Of a stretch of DNA of 37,561 nucleotides, positions 1 through 9,082 are shown piece by piece. This stretch comes from Actinomycetales bacterium. Lineage in GTDB: Bacteria > Actinomycetota > Actinomycetes > Actinomycetales > CAVURS01. The stretch lies in the NCBI GenBank assembly GCA_045807245.1, contig JBJMHS010000032.1:62001-99561 (forward strand), given 5' to 3'. Below the pieces are notes generated by a model, which was not told the origin of the DNA, made no database searches, and worked only from the letters and a program-made list of their open reading frames with translations. The translations under genes and the position numbers were made by a program. Numbering within the stretch: the stretch's first letter is position 1; each line of letters begins with the position of its first letter.

Positions 1-1
1 C

Positions 2-1492
2 GTACTCGAGATCTACCTGCCGTACGCGCCCATCGCCGCCGACATCTCCCGCGGTCAGCGCGCAGTCGGTCTCGCCCTGACCGGCGGGCTGCTCCTGCTG
101 TGGCTCAGCCTGCTCGCGGTGTCGATGTCGGTGACCCGCCGTCTGCGCCGGCAGTCACAGGCGAACGCCTACCTGGCCCGGCACGACGCGTTGACCGGCA
201 TGCCGAACCGCTCGCACTTCGCCGACCGCGCGGCCCAGGCCGTCCGCGGCGCGACCCCGGAGCGCCCGGTGTGCATCGCGGTGATCGACCTCGACCGGTT
301 CAAGGAGGTCAACGACACGCTCGGACACGACACGGGCGACCAGCTGCTCCTGCTGCTCGCCGAGCGGATGAAGCTGTACGTCCGAGAGGGCGACACCATT
401 GCCCGGCTCGGGGGCGACGAGTTCGGGGTCATCCTCGCGGGCATCCACAGCACCAGCGAAGCCGCCGAAGTGCTGGCCCGGCTCAGATCTGTCGTCAGCG
501 AGCCGGCGCAGGTCCACGGCGTACCGCTGGCGGTGGAGGCGAGCGTCGGCTTCGCCATGGCGCCCGAGGACGGCTTGCAGATCGGCGAGCTGCTGCAGCA
601 CGCCGACCTGGCGATGTACGTCGCGAAGCGCAACTACTCCGGCCTCATCCGCTATCGCGCCGAGCACGACCAGCACGACTCCTCGACGCTCACTCTGATC
701 GCCGAGCTCGGCCACGCGATCGCGGACGACCAGCTCGTCCTGCACTACCAGCCCAAAGGCGATGTACGGCGCGGCCGCGTGGTCGCTCTCGAGGCGCTGG
801 TCCGGTGGCAGCACCCCACCCGGGGCTTGGTCTACCCGGACGCGTTCGTGCCGGCGGCCGAGCAGACCGAGCTCATCGAGGACCTGACCCGCTGGGTGCT
901 CCGGCGCGCGACCACCGCCCTGCCCGAGCTCGACCCGACCGGTCGGCTGGCCATCGCCGTGAACATCTCGGCCCGCAGCCTGGCCCGGCCCGAGTTCGCG
1001 GGAGAGGTGCTGGCCGTGCTGGGTGAGACGGGCACCGACCCGCACCGCGTGATCCTCGAGATCACCGAGACCTCGCTCATGGCCGACCCGATCCGGGCCG
1101 CCCGCACGCTCGGCGAGCTGAGCCGCGCGGGGCTGCGCATCTCGATCGACGACTTCGGCGCGGGGCACACCAGCCTGGGCTACCTCGCGACGCTCCCGAT
1201 CTGGGAGCTCAAGATCGACAAGACCTTCGTCCTGCCGATGCTCAGCGACGAGCGCAAGACCGCCATCGTCCGCTCGGTCATCGAGCTGGGCCACAGCCTC
1301 GGCTTCACCGTGACCGCCGAGGGGGTCGAGTCGGCCGAGGCGCTGCACCGGCTGGCCGACCTCGACTGCGACACCGTCCAGGGGTACCTGTTGGCCCGGC
1401 CGGTCGCGTCGGCCGAGCTGCCCGGACGCGTGTCCGGCGCGGCCGACGTCCTGCGCGCACACGGCGCGGTCACTCCGACGCCCGGCGCCTGA
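2..1492 (+). CDS. Membrane-anchored diguanylate cyclase/phosphodiesterase (GGDEF-EAL), 5'-truncated by the window edge
   Basis: Frame is open from base 2 (VLEIYLPYAPI...GLALTGGLLLLWLSLLAV, a TM helix). Motifs: HDALTGMPNR, DLDRFKEVNDTLGH, RxxD I-site (REGD) 5 aa before an intact GGDEF, then EALVRW, IDDFGAG, KIDK, AEGVE, QGY. Confidence 0.95.
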   Translation, partial: VLEIYLPYAPIAADISRGQRAVGLALTGGLLLLWLSLLAVSMSVTRRLRRQSQANAYLARHDALTGMPNRSHFADRAAQAVRGATPERPVCIAVIDLDRFKEVNDTLGHDTGDQLLLLLAERMKLYVREGDTIARLGGDEFGVILAGIHSTSEAAEVLARLRSVVSEPAQVHGVPLAVEASVGFAMAPEDGLQIGELLQHADLAMYVAKRNYSGLIRYRAEHDQHDSSTLTLIAELGHAIADDQLVLHYQPKGDVRRGRVVALEALVRWQHPTRGLVYPDAFVPAAEQTELIEDLTRWVLRRATTALPELDPTGRLAIAVNISARSLARPEFAGEVLAVLGETGTDPHRVILEITETSLMADPIRAARTLGELSRAGLRISIDDFGAGHTSLGYLATLPIWELKIDKTFVLPMLSDERKTAIVRSVIELGHSLGFTVTAEGVESAEALHRLADLDCDTVQGYLLARPVASAELPGRVSGAADVLRAHGAVTPTPGA

Positions 1493-1512
1493 ACGCCTTC
1501 CGCTCTCTCGGC

Positions 1513-1575
1513 TTGACATGGGCGGCCACCGGGACCCACTCTATAATAGATCAGTTTTAGAAGTGAAAGGTTATG
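1513..1575 (+). promoter_or_regulatory. Probable promoter/operator region of the ArsR-SRPBCC operon
   Basis: TTGACA at 1513-1518 with CACTCT 18 nt downstream (1537-1542); TATAAT at 1542-1547; conspicuously AT-rich tract 1540-1575 just before the ArsR start. Confidence 0.5.
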
Positions 1576-1576
1576 G

Positions 1577-1909
1577 ATGAGCGACACCGAGTTGGACGCC
1601 GTGTTCGGAGCGCTGGCCGACCGGACCCGCCGGGCGATCCTGGCCCGGCTCACCCAGGGCGAGGCCAGCGTGGCGGCGCTGGCGGCACCGTTCCCGATGT
1701 CGCAGCCCGCCGTCTCCCGGCACCTGAAGGTGCTCGAGGACGCCGGCCTGATCACCCGGAGCCGGCAGGCGACGGCCCGGCTCAGCCATCTGCGCGCCGA
1801 GCCGTTGCGCGACGCGGTCGGGTGGCTCGCGTCGTACCGCGAGTACTGGGAGGAGAGCTACCAGCGCCTGGACGAGCTGCTCGCCAGCACGAAGAGAGGA
1901 AGGACCTGA
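1577..1909 (+). CDS. ArsR/SmtB family transcriptional regulator
   Basis: FGALADRTRRAIL...MSQPAVSRHLKVLEDAGLI winged-HTH signature; 1 nt from the downstream SRPBCC gene, a common pairing. Confidence 0.93.
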   Translation: MSDTELDAVFGALADRTRRAILARLTQGEASVAALAAPFPMSQPAVSRHLKVLEDAGLITRSRQATARLSHLRAEPLRDAVGWLASYREYWEESYQRLDELLASTKRGRT

Positions 1910-1910
1910 G

Positions 1911-2390
1911 ATGGGAACCACGACGTACACGATCGAACCGGGCTCGCACGCCCTGCACCTCGAGCGCGAGTTCGACGCTCCGGCCGAGACACTGCTGCGG
2001 GCGCACACCGACCCCGAGCTGCTGGCCCAGTGGGTCGGCCCGCGCCGGCTGCAGACGAAGGTCGAGCATCTGGAAGCCCGCGACGGTGGACGCTGGCGCT
2101 TCGGTCAGTGGGGTGAGGACGGCGTGGAGCACTGGTTCCACGGCGTGTTCCACGGCGACCCGTCGGTCGAGCACGGCATCCACCAGACCTTCGAGTACGA
2201 AGGCACGCCCGGCGAGGTGCTGCTCGAGCGGCTGACCTTCGAGGAGCACGACGGGCGCACCCTGCTGCGGGCCACCTCGGTGTTCACCTCGGTCGAGGCC
2301 CGCGACGGCATGGTCGCCGCAGGGATGCAGGAGGGTGCGGAGGACGGGTACGCCCGACTGGACGAGCTGCTCGAGCGGGTGGCCGGCTAA
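1911..2390 (+). CDS. SRPBCC/AHSA1 (START-like) ligand-binding domain protein
   Basis: EREFDAP...AHTDPELLAQWVGP...GGRWRF...TFEYEG...GMQEG...ARLDELL; SD AGGAAGGA upstream. Confidence 0.9.
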   Translation: MGTTTYTIEPGSHALHLEREFDAPAETLLRAHTDPELLAQWVGPRRLQTKVEHLEARDGGRWRFGQWGEDGVEHWFHGVFHGDPSVEHGIHQTFEYEGTPGEVLLERLTFEEHDGRTLLRATSVFTSVEARDGMVAAGMQEGAEDGYARLDELLERVAG

Positions 2391-2403
2391 CGCCGGCCAC
2401 CCG
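2376..2403. terminator. Perfect 12-bp hairpin between convergent genes, probable terminator
   Basis: CGGGTGGCCGGC-taac-GCCGGCCACCCG; the loop contains the SRPBCC stop codon; lies between convergent SRPBCC and MmpL genes. Confidence 0.65.
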
Positions 2404-2420
2404 TAACGACTGACCTAGGG

Positions 2421-4685
2421 TCACGGCGCCAGGGCCGGCTCCGGCTCGACGGGCCGGATGGCGTGCCGCTCGGGCTGGCCCTCGACGTGTAGCTGCGGCA
2501 CGACCCGCTCCAGTGCGCGCGGCATCCACCAGTTGCGGCGGCCGAGCAGGTGCATCACGGCCGGGACCAGCAGCATCCGCACGATGGTCGCGTCGATGAA
2601 GATGGCGGACGCCATGCCGATGCCGATGACCTTGAGCACGAGGTCCGGGCTCGGCACGAAGGCGGCGAACACGGCGACCATGATCGCGGCCGCGGCGGTG
2701 ATGACCCGGCCCGTGCCGGCCAGCCCCTCGAGGATGGCCCGACCGTTGTCGCCGGTGCGCAGCCAGGTCTCGCGCATCCGGCTGACCAGGAACACCTCAT
2801 AGTCCATCGACAGGCCGAACAGCACCGCGAACATCAGCACCGGCACGAACGCGGGCAACGGGGTCTCGGTGTCGATGCCGACCAGGCGGCCGGCCCAACC
2901 CCCCTGCAGGACAAGGGCAACCACGCCGTACGCCGCAGCGACGGACAGCAGGTTCATGACCGCGGCCTTGAGGGCGACCGTGACGCTCCGGAAGGAGATC
3001 AGCAGCAGGATCATCGAGAGCAGCACCACGCCGGCGATGAGCAGCGGGATGCGCTTGGCGATGTTGCTCGTGCTGTCGATCGCGGTCGCGGTCACGCCAC
3101 CGACGTGGACCGGGACCCCTTGCGCAGCGGCCGGGATCACCGTGTCGCGCAGCTGGTGCACGAGGTCCTCGGTCTTGGTCGACTGAGGTCCGGTGGTCGG
3201 TACGACGGTGACGATCGCAGTGTCACCCGCGGGGTTCACCGTCACCGGCGACACGGCGGCCACACCGGAAGTGCTGCGTACGGCGGTGGTCAGGGCCTCG
3301 AGGCTCCCCGCGCCGGCGCCGGCCGGCAGCTCCGCGGCCAGCAGGAGCGGGCCGTTGGCACCCGGACCGAAGCCCCGCGAGAGCGTGTCGTAGGCCTGGC
3401 GGGTCGACGTACCCGCACGGTCGTTGCCGGCGTCGGGGAAGCCGAACCGGACGCCGAGGAACGGCGCGGCGAGCGCGAGCAGGATGACGACTCCAGCCGC
3501 CGCGGCCGCGAACCGGCGCCGGGCGACGAGACGGCTCCAGGCCAGCCAGCGCCGGCCCGGCTCGACATGCCCACCGACGGCGACGATGGGCGCGCTCCGT
3601 CGGCTCAGCGGCAGGTGCAGCCGCTCGATGTGCCGGCCGAGGTAGCCGAGCAGCGCCGGGAACAACGTGACCGCCGCGGCCATGACCACGAGCACGGACA
3701 CGATCGTCACCATGGCGGCGCCGCGCATGAAGGACAGGCCCATGGCGAACAGGCCGAGCATGCTGATCACGACCGTCGTTCCGGCGACGAGCACCGAGCG
3801 CCCGGCGGTGTCCAGCGTGGCGATGGTCGCGCGCTCGGAGTCCAGGCCCGCCGCGCGCCACTCGCGGAACCGGGTGACCATCAGCAGGGCGTAGTCGATG
3901 CCGATGCCGATGCCCATCATCGTGGCGAGCGAGGTCGACCAGTCCGGCGCGTCGACGAACGAGATCACCACGCCGGTCAGGGCGCTCGACACGGCCAGGC
4001 CGCCGAGGGCGACCAGGATCGGCAGGCCGGCGGCCACGACCGAGCCGAACATCAGCAGCAGGATCAGGGCGGCGGCCAGGATGCCGATGCCCTCGGAACC
4101 GATCGAGCCTTGCTGAGCCTGCTCGATGGTCTGGCCCCCGAGCGAGATCTGGACCGCGTCGGTCGACGCCTTGCCGGCGAGGTCGAGCAGGTGCTTGCTG
4201 GCCGTCACCGGCATGTCGTTGGGGTTCACCACGTCGAGCCGGGCGGTGGCCAGCAGGGTGTGCCCGTCGGGCGAGATGCTGCCCGCGCTCGTGTAGGGGT
4301 TGTCGACGCCGGCGACGTGCGCGGCCGAGCCGATCTGCCCGAGGACGCCGGTCACCGCGGCCTTGACGGCGGGCGAGGTCACGGCAGCGTCGGAGTGGAC
4401 CACGACGTCGACGGTGTCGCCGGACTGGGTGGGGAACCTGGTCTGGAGCAGCTGCTGGGCCGCCTTGGAGTCGGACCCCGGCGCGGAGTAGTCGGCCTTG
4501 AAGCTGCCGCCGAGCGCCGCCGACAGGGCGAAGGCCAGGGCGAGCACCGCCAGCCAGGCGAGGACCATGCGGCCGCGGTGCCGGTAGGCGACGCCGGCCA
4601 GGCGGCCGAGCGGGCCGGGCCCGGTGAGGTCGGTGTGCGGCGAGGCGGGGCCGGAGCCGGCCCGGACAACCGTGCTGGTGCTCAT
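2421..4685 (-). CDS. MmpL/RND-superfamily (MMPL) membrane transporter
   Basis: Two MMPL repeats: GIGIGIDYALLMVTRFRE, AGRSVLVAGTTV, GFGPGANGPL, FGLSMDYEVFLVSRMRE, TGRVITAAAAIM, IDATIVRMLLVPA. Start placed at ATG 4685 (AGGA upstream) rather than the longest ORF (4748). Confidence 0.93.
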   Translation of the reverse strand: MSTSTVVRAGSGPASPHTDLTGPGPLGRLAGVAYRHRGRMVLAWLAVLALAFALSAALGGSFKADYSAPGSDSKAAQQLLQTRFPTQSGDTVDVVVHSDAAVTSPAVKAAVTGVLGQIGSAAHVAGVDNPYTSAGSISPDGHTLLATARLDVVNPNDMPVTASKHLLDLAGKASTDAVQISLGGQTIEQAQQGSIGSEGIGILAAALILLLMFGSVVAAGLPILVALGGLAVSSALTGVVISFVDAPDWSTSLATMMGIGIGIDYALLMVTRFREWRAAGLDSERATIATLDTAGRSVLVAGTTVVISMLGLFAMGLSFMRGAAMVTIVSVLVVMAAAVTLFPALLGYLGRHIERLHLPLSRRSAPIVAVGGHVEPGRRWLAWSRLVARRRFAAAAAGVVILLALAAPFLGVRFGFPDAGNDRAGTSTRQAYDTLSRGFGPGANGPLLLAAELPAGAGAGSLEALTTAVRSTSGVAAVSPVTVNPAGDTAIVTVVPTTGPQSTKTEDLVHQLRDTVIPAAAQGVPVHVGGVTATAIDSTSNIAKRIPLLIAGVVLLSMILLLISFRSVTVALKAAVMNLLSVAAAYGVVALVLQGGWAGRLVGIDTETPLPAFVPVLMFAVLFGLSMDYEVFLVSRMRETWLRTGDNGRAILEGLAGTGRVITAAAAIMVAVFAAFVPSPDLVLKVIGIGMASAIFIDATIVRMLLVPAVMHLLGRRNWWMPRALERVVPQLHVEGQPERHAIRPVEPEPALAP

Positions 4686-4752
4686 GTCCGTCCTGTTCAT
4701 GAAGGGGAAAGCCACGGGTCGAGGTCGCCCGCTCTGATGGCTGGTCATCTGC

Positions 4753-4767
4753 GTTATGAGCCATAAC
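4753..4767. promoter_or_regulatory. Palindromic operator candidate between divergent mmpL and tetR
   Basis: Perfect inverted repeat GTTATG-agc-CATAAC in an AT-rich intergenic region between a TetR gene and its divergent transporter. Confidence 0.55.
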
Positions 4768-4846
4768 CAACATCATCTGACTTCACTTGTCAAGAGCATT
4801 AACTTCTGTGAAGATGATTCACGCAACCACACGGAGGTCACCGGCG

Positions 4847-5581
4847 ATGACGCCACCCACCAGCACGACCGAGGTCCCGGTCTCGCGCCGCCACCGGGCC
4901 CGCGCGGCGACGATCGACGAGATCAAGCAGACCGCGCTCGACCTCATGCGTGAGCACCACACGACCGACATCCGGTTCACCGAGATCGCGAAGAGCATGG
5001 GCCTGACGCCGCCCGCGCTGTACCGGTACTTCGACGGCCAGCACGAGCTGTTGACCGAGCTGATCACCGATGCGTACGACGACTTGGGCGATGCGGTCGG
5101 CGCCGCGCTGCAGGACATCGACGCCGGTGCACTGTGGGACCGATGGGTCGCGGCCGGCCAGGCCTACCGCCGCTGGGGCCGCACCGAGCCTGAGCAGTTC
5201 GCGCTGATCCTGGGCATGCCGGTGCCGGGCTACGTGGCCGAGGAGGAAGGCCCGACCACCGAGGCCGCGAAGCGGGCGATGGCCCAGCTGTCCGGGCTGT
5301 TCGTCGAGGCCCTGCAACGCGGCGTACTCGGCCGGCCGCTCATCACCGACGTCGAGGAGTCCGTGGTGCTGGCTGCCGCGGACTGCCCGCCCGAGATGGA
5401 GCACCACATCCTGCCGGGCGACGTCTTCCAGGCGATGCTCAACGCCTGGTCCGGGTTGCACGGCTTCACCAGCCTCGAGGCTTACGGCCACTTCGACTGG
5501 GTATCGCCCGAGGGCCGCGACGCGATCTTCCGCGCGCAGCTCAAGCTGATCGCGATGACGTCCGGGCTGCCGACCAGCTAG
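4847..5581 (+). CDS. TetR/AcrR family regulator with WHG-type C-terminal domain
   Basis: IAKSMGLTPPALYRYF HTH; C-terminal AWSGLHGFTSLE; GGAGG SD at 4833-4837 supports ATG 4847. Confidence 0.92.
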   Translation: MTPPTSTTEVPVSRRHRARAATIDEIKQTALDLMREHHTTDIRFTEIAKSMGLTPPALYRYFDGQHELLTELITDAYDDLGDAVGAALQDIDAGALWDRWVAAGQAYRRWGRTEPEQFALILGMPVPGYVAEEEGPTTEAAKRAMAQLSGLFVEALQRGVLGRPLITDVEESVVLAAADCPPEMEHHILPGDVFQAMLNAWSGLHGFTSLEAYGHFDWVSPEGRDAIFRAQLKLIAMTSGLPTS

Positions 5582-5614
5582 CCGGGTCTTCGCTGTCCCG
5601 CTGTGCGATCGGGT

Positions 5615-6400
5615 CTAGTCAGCGCGCGAGAAGCCGCGCACCCGATCGACGACGAACGGCTTCGGGTACGCGTGGGCCCGGGCTGGGTCAAGCCGGTCGG
5701 GGAACTCGTAGATCCCCAGCATCAGCTGCATGGGGTACAGCGGTGACTGCGTGGTCCGCTTGACCACGTCGCCGTCGAGCAGGAACTCGACACCGCCGCT
5801 GGTCCAGTACGCCGCGTAGGTGTGCAGCTCGGTCGCGTCGATCGGGTACTGATCGGCCGAAAACTCTTCTCGGAGAGTCGGATCCGCGAACGGGTGGATG
5901 CCCATGCCGATCCTCGCGGACGTCGTGGTGATGTCCGCGCCGAAGATCTCGGCGATGCAGATCTCGCCGCACTCCTCGGGCCGTTCCTCGACGCCCATCA
6001 TCCAGAGGGCCACCATCACCCCGGGGTCGGCCACCGCCTTCGCGCGCAGCTCGACGTAGCCCTGGTACGGCGTGTAGGTGCGTCGGTTCTCCTGCTCCTG
6101 GCGCACGACCAGGTCGTCCCGGAAGTGGAGCTGCCCGCGGTCGGAGCCGAGCGACCCGGCGTACAGGCCGGTCTGGATCACCGACGCGCGCAGGTCGCCG
6201 TCCCACTCCGGGCACCACGCCGGCTGTTCGGCCTCGATGTGCAACGCCAGCCGACCCTCGTGCCGGCCGAACCGGGCCGCCGTGCGCTCGCGCGAGCTCC
6301 AGTGCGGCAGGTAGTACGGCACCCAGCGAGTCGTGTCGATCGCTGCGCCGCGGAAGTCCTCGTCGAAGTCGAGGACCAGCCCCGGCGGCGGCGTGCTCAC
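5615..6400 (-). CDS. Glycoside hydrolase family 16-like (beta-jellyroll) protein
   Basis: FDEDF...YQGYVELRAK...ALWMMG...GEICIAEIFG...HTYAAYWT...FLLDG...YPMQLML...VDRVR; GTGA overlap with the pirin stop; no signal peptide. Confidence 0.8.
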   Translation of the reverse strand: MSTPPPGLVLDFDEDFRGAAIDTTRWVPYYLPHWSSRERTAARFGRHEGRLALHIEAEQPAWCPEWDGDLRASVIQTGLYAGSLGSDRGQLHFRDDLVVRQEQENRRTYTPYQGYVELRAKAVADPGVMVALWMMGVEERPEECGEICIAEIFGADITTTSARIGMGIHPFADPTLREEFSADQYPIDATELHTYAAYWTSGGVEFLLDGDVVKRTTQSPLYPMQLMLGIYEFPDRLDPARAHAYPKPFVVDRVRGFSRAD

Positions 6401-7377
6401 CGCTCCTGCAGCTCCGTGGGCGCGCCGTGCACCGCGGGGATCTGCCCCATGCGACCGGACTGGAAGTCCTCGAACGCCTGGAGCACCTCGTCCCGGGTGT
6501 TCATGACGAACGGCCCGGCCCAGGCGAGCGGCTCACGGATCGGGCGCCCGCCGAGCACCAGGATCTCCAGCTGCGGGCTGCGGCTCTCCTGCCGCCCGGA
6601 CGCTTGCACTGTGACGACATCTCCGGCGCCCAGCACGGCGAGCTGCCCCATCCCGATCGGCCGGCGGTCCGGGCCGACGACGCCGTTGCCCGACAGGACG
6701 TAGACCAGCGCGTTGAAGTCCGGGCGCCACGGCAGGTCGAGCCGTGCGGTCGGCGCCAGCGAGGCGTGCACCAGCGTCATCGGGGTGTACGTCGATCCCG
6801 GGCCGGCGTGCCCGTCGACCTGACCGGCGATGACCCGGACGAGCGCCCCCGCGTCCGGCGTGCTGAGCAACGCAACCGACGCCGCCCGGATGTCCTGGTA
6901 GCGCGGTGCGGCCCACTTCTGCGCGCTCGGCAGGTTGACCCAGAGCTGGATGCCGTGGAAGACGCCGCCGCTGCGGACCAGCGCGTCCGGCGGCCGCTCG
7001 ATGTGCAGGATGCCGCCGCCGGCGGTCATCCACTGGGTGTCGCCGTTGGTGATCGTGCCGCCGCCGCCGTTGGAGTCCTGGTGGTCGAACGTGCCGTCCA
7101 TGATGTAGGTGACGGTCTCGAAACCGCGGTGCGGGTGCCACGATGTGCCTCGAGCCTCCCCCGGCGCGTACTCGACCTCGCCCATCTGGTCCATGTGGAT
7201 GAACGGGTCGAGTGCGCGCAGGTCGACCCCCGCGAAGGCCCGGCGGACGGGGAAGCCCTCGCCCTCGACACCGCTGGGCGCCGATGACACGGACACCACT
7301 GGGCGCGGCTGCGCGGTGGCAGGATCCGGCGCGATGCGCGGCAGGGTGGTCAGGTCGTCGACGGTGATGGCGGGCAT
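6397..7377 (-). CDS. Pirin family protein
   Basis: DPFIHMD, HPHRGFETVTY, HQDSNG, WMTAGGGILHIE, QLWVNLP, GPFVMNT; GAGGAGG SD before ATG 7377. Confidence 0.95.
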   Translation of the reverse strand: MPAITVDDLTTLPRIAPDPATAQPRPVVSVSSAPSGVEGEGFPVRRAFAGVDLRALDPFIHMDQMGEVEYAPGEARGTSWHPHRGFETVTYIMDGTFDHQDSNGGGGTITNGDTQWMTAGGGILHIERPPDALVRSGGVFHGIQLWVNLPSAQKWAAPRYQDIRAASVALLSTPDAGALVRVIAGQVDGHAGPGSTYTPMTLVHASLAPTARLDLPWRPDFNALVYVLSGNGVVGPDRRPIGMGQLAVLGAGDVVTVQASGRQESRSPQLEILVLGGRPIREPLAWAGPFVMNTRDEVLQAFEDFQSGRMGQIPAVHGAPTELQER

Positions 7378-7447
7378 CGGGTCCTCCTCAGCGGGACATG
7401 AGGCTACGCCGTACCCAACGATAATTGCAGACGCAACTATTCCGCAC

Positions 7448-7942
7448 TCAGGCGGCCCGCTCGAGGAACTCCATCCAGGACGGGTGGCTGACCTCGCTGC
7501 CGCGCAAGGCCCAGGCCGGACCGCGCGGCGCGTGCGGGCGCACCCGCAGCGTCCAGCCCATCTCGTCCGGGGTCCGGTCACCCTTGACGCCGTTGCAGCG
7601 CAGGCAGCAGGCGACCAAGTTGGACCAGGAGTCGTCGCCACCGCGCGAGCGCGGTACGACGTGGTCGATCGTCGAGGCGGTGTGCCCGCAGTACCCGCAG
7701 CGGTGGCCGTCGCGACGCAGCACGCCTCGGCGGGTGACCGGCACGCTGTGCCGGTACGGCACCCGGACGTAGCGAGCGAGCAGGATCACTGCGGGGCGCG
7801 GGAGCTCGAGCTGCGCGGAGTGCAGGCACTCGCCCGTGTCGGCGAGCATGGTCGCCTTGCCGGCCAGCACCAGCACGACGGCACGGCGGAACGACACGAC
7901 CGCGAGTGGCTCGAATCCGGCGTTCAGCACCAGGGTTCGCAC
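7448..7942 (-). CDS. HNH endonuclease (McrA-like small actinobacterial family)
   Basis: RTLVLNAGFEPL, RRDGHRCGYCG, TIDHVVPRSRGG, WSNLVACCLRCNGVKG; GGAAGGGG SD before GTG 7942. Confidence 0.92.
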   Translation of the reverse strand: MRTLVLNAGFEPLAVVSFRRAVVLVLAGKATMLADTGECLHSAQLELPRPAVILLARYVRVPYRHSVPVTRRGVLRRDGHRCGYCGHTASTIDHVVPRSRGGDDSWSNLVACCLRCNGVKGDRTPDEMGWTLRVRPHAPRGPAWALRGSEVSHPSWMEFLERAA

Positions 7943-8066
7943 GAGCACGCCCCTTCCCACACAGCAGCGCGCCTGGCTGGCGCGCCCAGGCGCATGCTAC
8001 GTGCGGGAGATATCTTCGGTCACGCGCATTGGCCGAGACGGGTCGGCCGAGAACAGGTACGGCGGG

Positions 8067-8819
8067 TCAGCCGACCCGGCCGTACGTCGCACCCGAGGAG
8101 TAGACGGCGCGCTTCGCGACGACGCCGCCGGTGTGCGGGGAGTCCCACATCATGCCGCCGCCGGCGTAGATGCCGACGTGGCCCGGGAAGAAGACCAGGT
8201 CGCCGGGCCGGGCCTCGCTGAGCGAGATGCGGGTCGTCGCGGCGCGCTGCTCGCTGGATGTGCGCGGCAGGCTCACGCCGACCTGCGCCATGACGTAGCG
8301 GACGTAGCCCGAGCAGTCGAAGCCGGCCGGCGTCGTGCCGCCGTACCGGTAAGCGATGCCGGCGTAGCGCGCGGCAATCGCCATGACAGCGGCGCCGAAC
8401 TCGGCCGAGCCGGGAGCGCCGGCCTTGACCGGCTTGATCGGGCCGTACACGACGTGCGAGACGCCGAGGACCTGACGACCGGCACTGCGGGAGACGCGAG
8501 GGGCCGGGGCGATGGTGTGGCCCGGCGTGCGCAGCGTCGTCGTCGTCCTGCTGGCCACCGTGGTGGCGCTGAAGCTGCTGTCACCGAACGCGGGGGCGGC
8601 CGTCGAGCTGACGTCATGCGTCTGCGGGGCCTGGCCCTGGTGCGTGGGGGTGGCGTTGGCCTGCATCCCGAGCGACGCCACGAGCCCACCGGAGACGGCG
8701 AGCACGGCAGATGCCTTGACGGCTGGCGTTGCGTTGGTCGAGACGGCCTGGCTGAACGCGGTGAGGGGCGTCTTGGCTCGCGCGGGTGCGCGGTGACGTC
8801 CGGCCACGGGGGTCGACAC
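8067..8819 (-). CDS. NlpC/P60 (C40) peptidoglycan peptidase, exported
   Basis: GRHRA N-terminus plus a hydrophobic segment, low-complexity linker, YRYGGTTPAGFDCSG...PGDLVF...HVGIYAG catalytic domain; GGAGAGG SD before GTG 8819. Confidence 0.93.
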   Translation of the reverse strand: MSTPVAGRHRAPARAKTPLTAFSQAVSTNATPAVKASAVLAVSGGLVASLGMQANATPTHQGQAPQTHDVSSTAAPAFGDSSFSATTVASRTTTTLRTPGHTIAPAPRVSRSAGRQVLGVSHVVYGPIKPVKAGAPGSAEFGAAVMAIAARYAGIAYRYGGTTPAGFDCSGYVRYVMAQVGVSLPRTSSEQRAATTRISLSEARPGDLVFFPGHVGIYAGGGMMWDSPHTGGVVAKRAVYSSGATYGRVG

Positions 8820-8836
8820 GTATGAAACCTCTCCGG

Positions 8837-9045
8837 CGCCTTCGAGGTGAGCTGTCGGGTTCGGGTGGAGAGACACCCGGCCTGGCCGATGGCCGCCATA
8901 GGAATGACGGTCGCCGGTTCGGCTTCACCCCAAGGATCAGTACCGCGGCCGGGCTGGCTGCCCGCCGGTGGAACCGACCCGAAATGGGTCCCCCGCCTCT
9001 GCCATGCGGTAGTCCGGTCCTCGGTCGCGGTGGCAGAGCTCGGCG
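8837..9045 (-). ncRNA. c-di-AMP riboswitch (ydaO/yuaA class)
   Basis: Minus strand reads CGCCGAGCTCTGCC...GGCAGAGGCGGGGGACCCA...TTGGGGTGAAGCC...GGCCGGG...CCCGAACCCGACAGCTCACCTCGAAGGCG, the conserved blocks of actinobacterial ydaO aptamers, upstream of a cell-wall hydrolase. Confidence 0.95.
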
Positions 9046-9082
9046 TCCGCGTGAGGGCTTCCCAGGAGGGGTAGGAAGCGAG

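Noticed and set aside
4788..4793. Minus-strand TTGACA as the mmpL -35
   Set aside because: No acceptable -10 hexamer at canonical spacing.
7448..7942. HNH gene as a mobile or defence nuclease
   Set aside because: It resembles the small conserved actinobacterial HNH family, with no methylase, repeats or mobility genes nearby.
7969..8048. Two short hairpins between NlpC/P60 and HNH
   Set aside because: 6-8 bp GC stems without U-tracts; cannot be distinguished from background or weak terminators.
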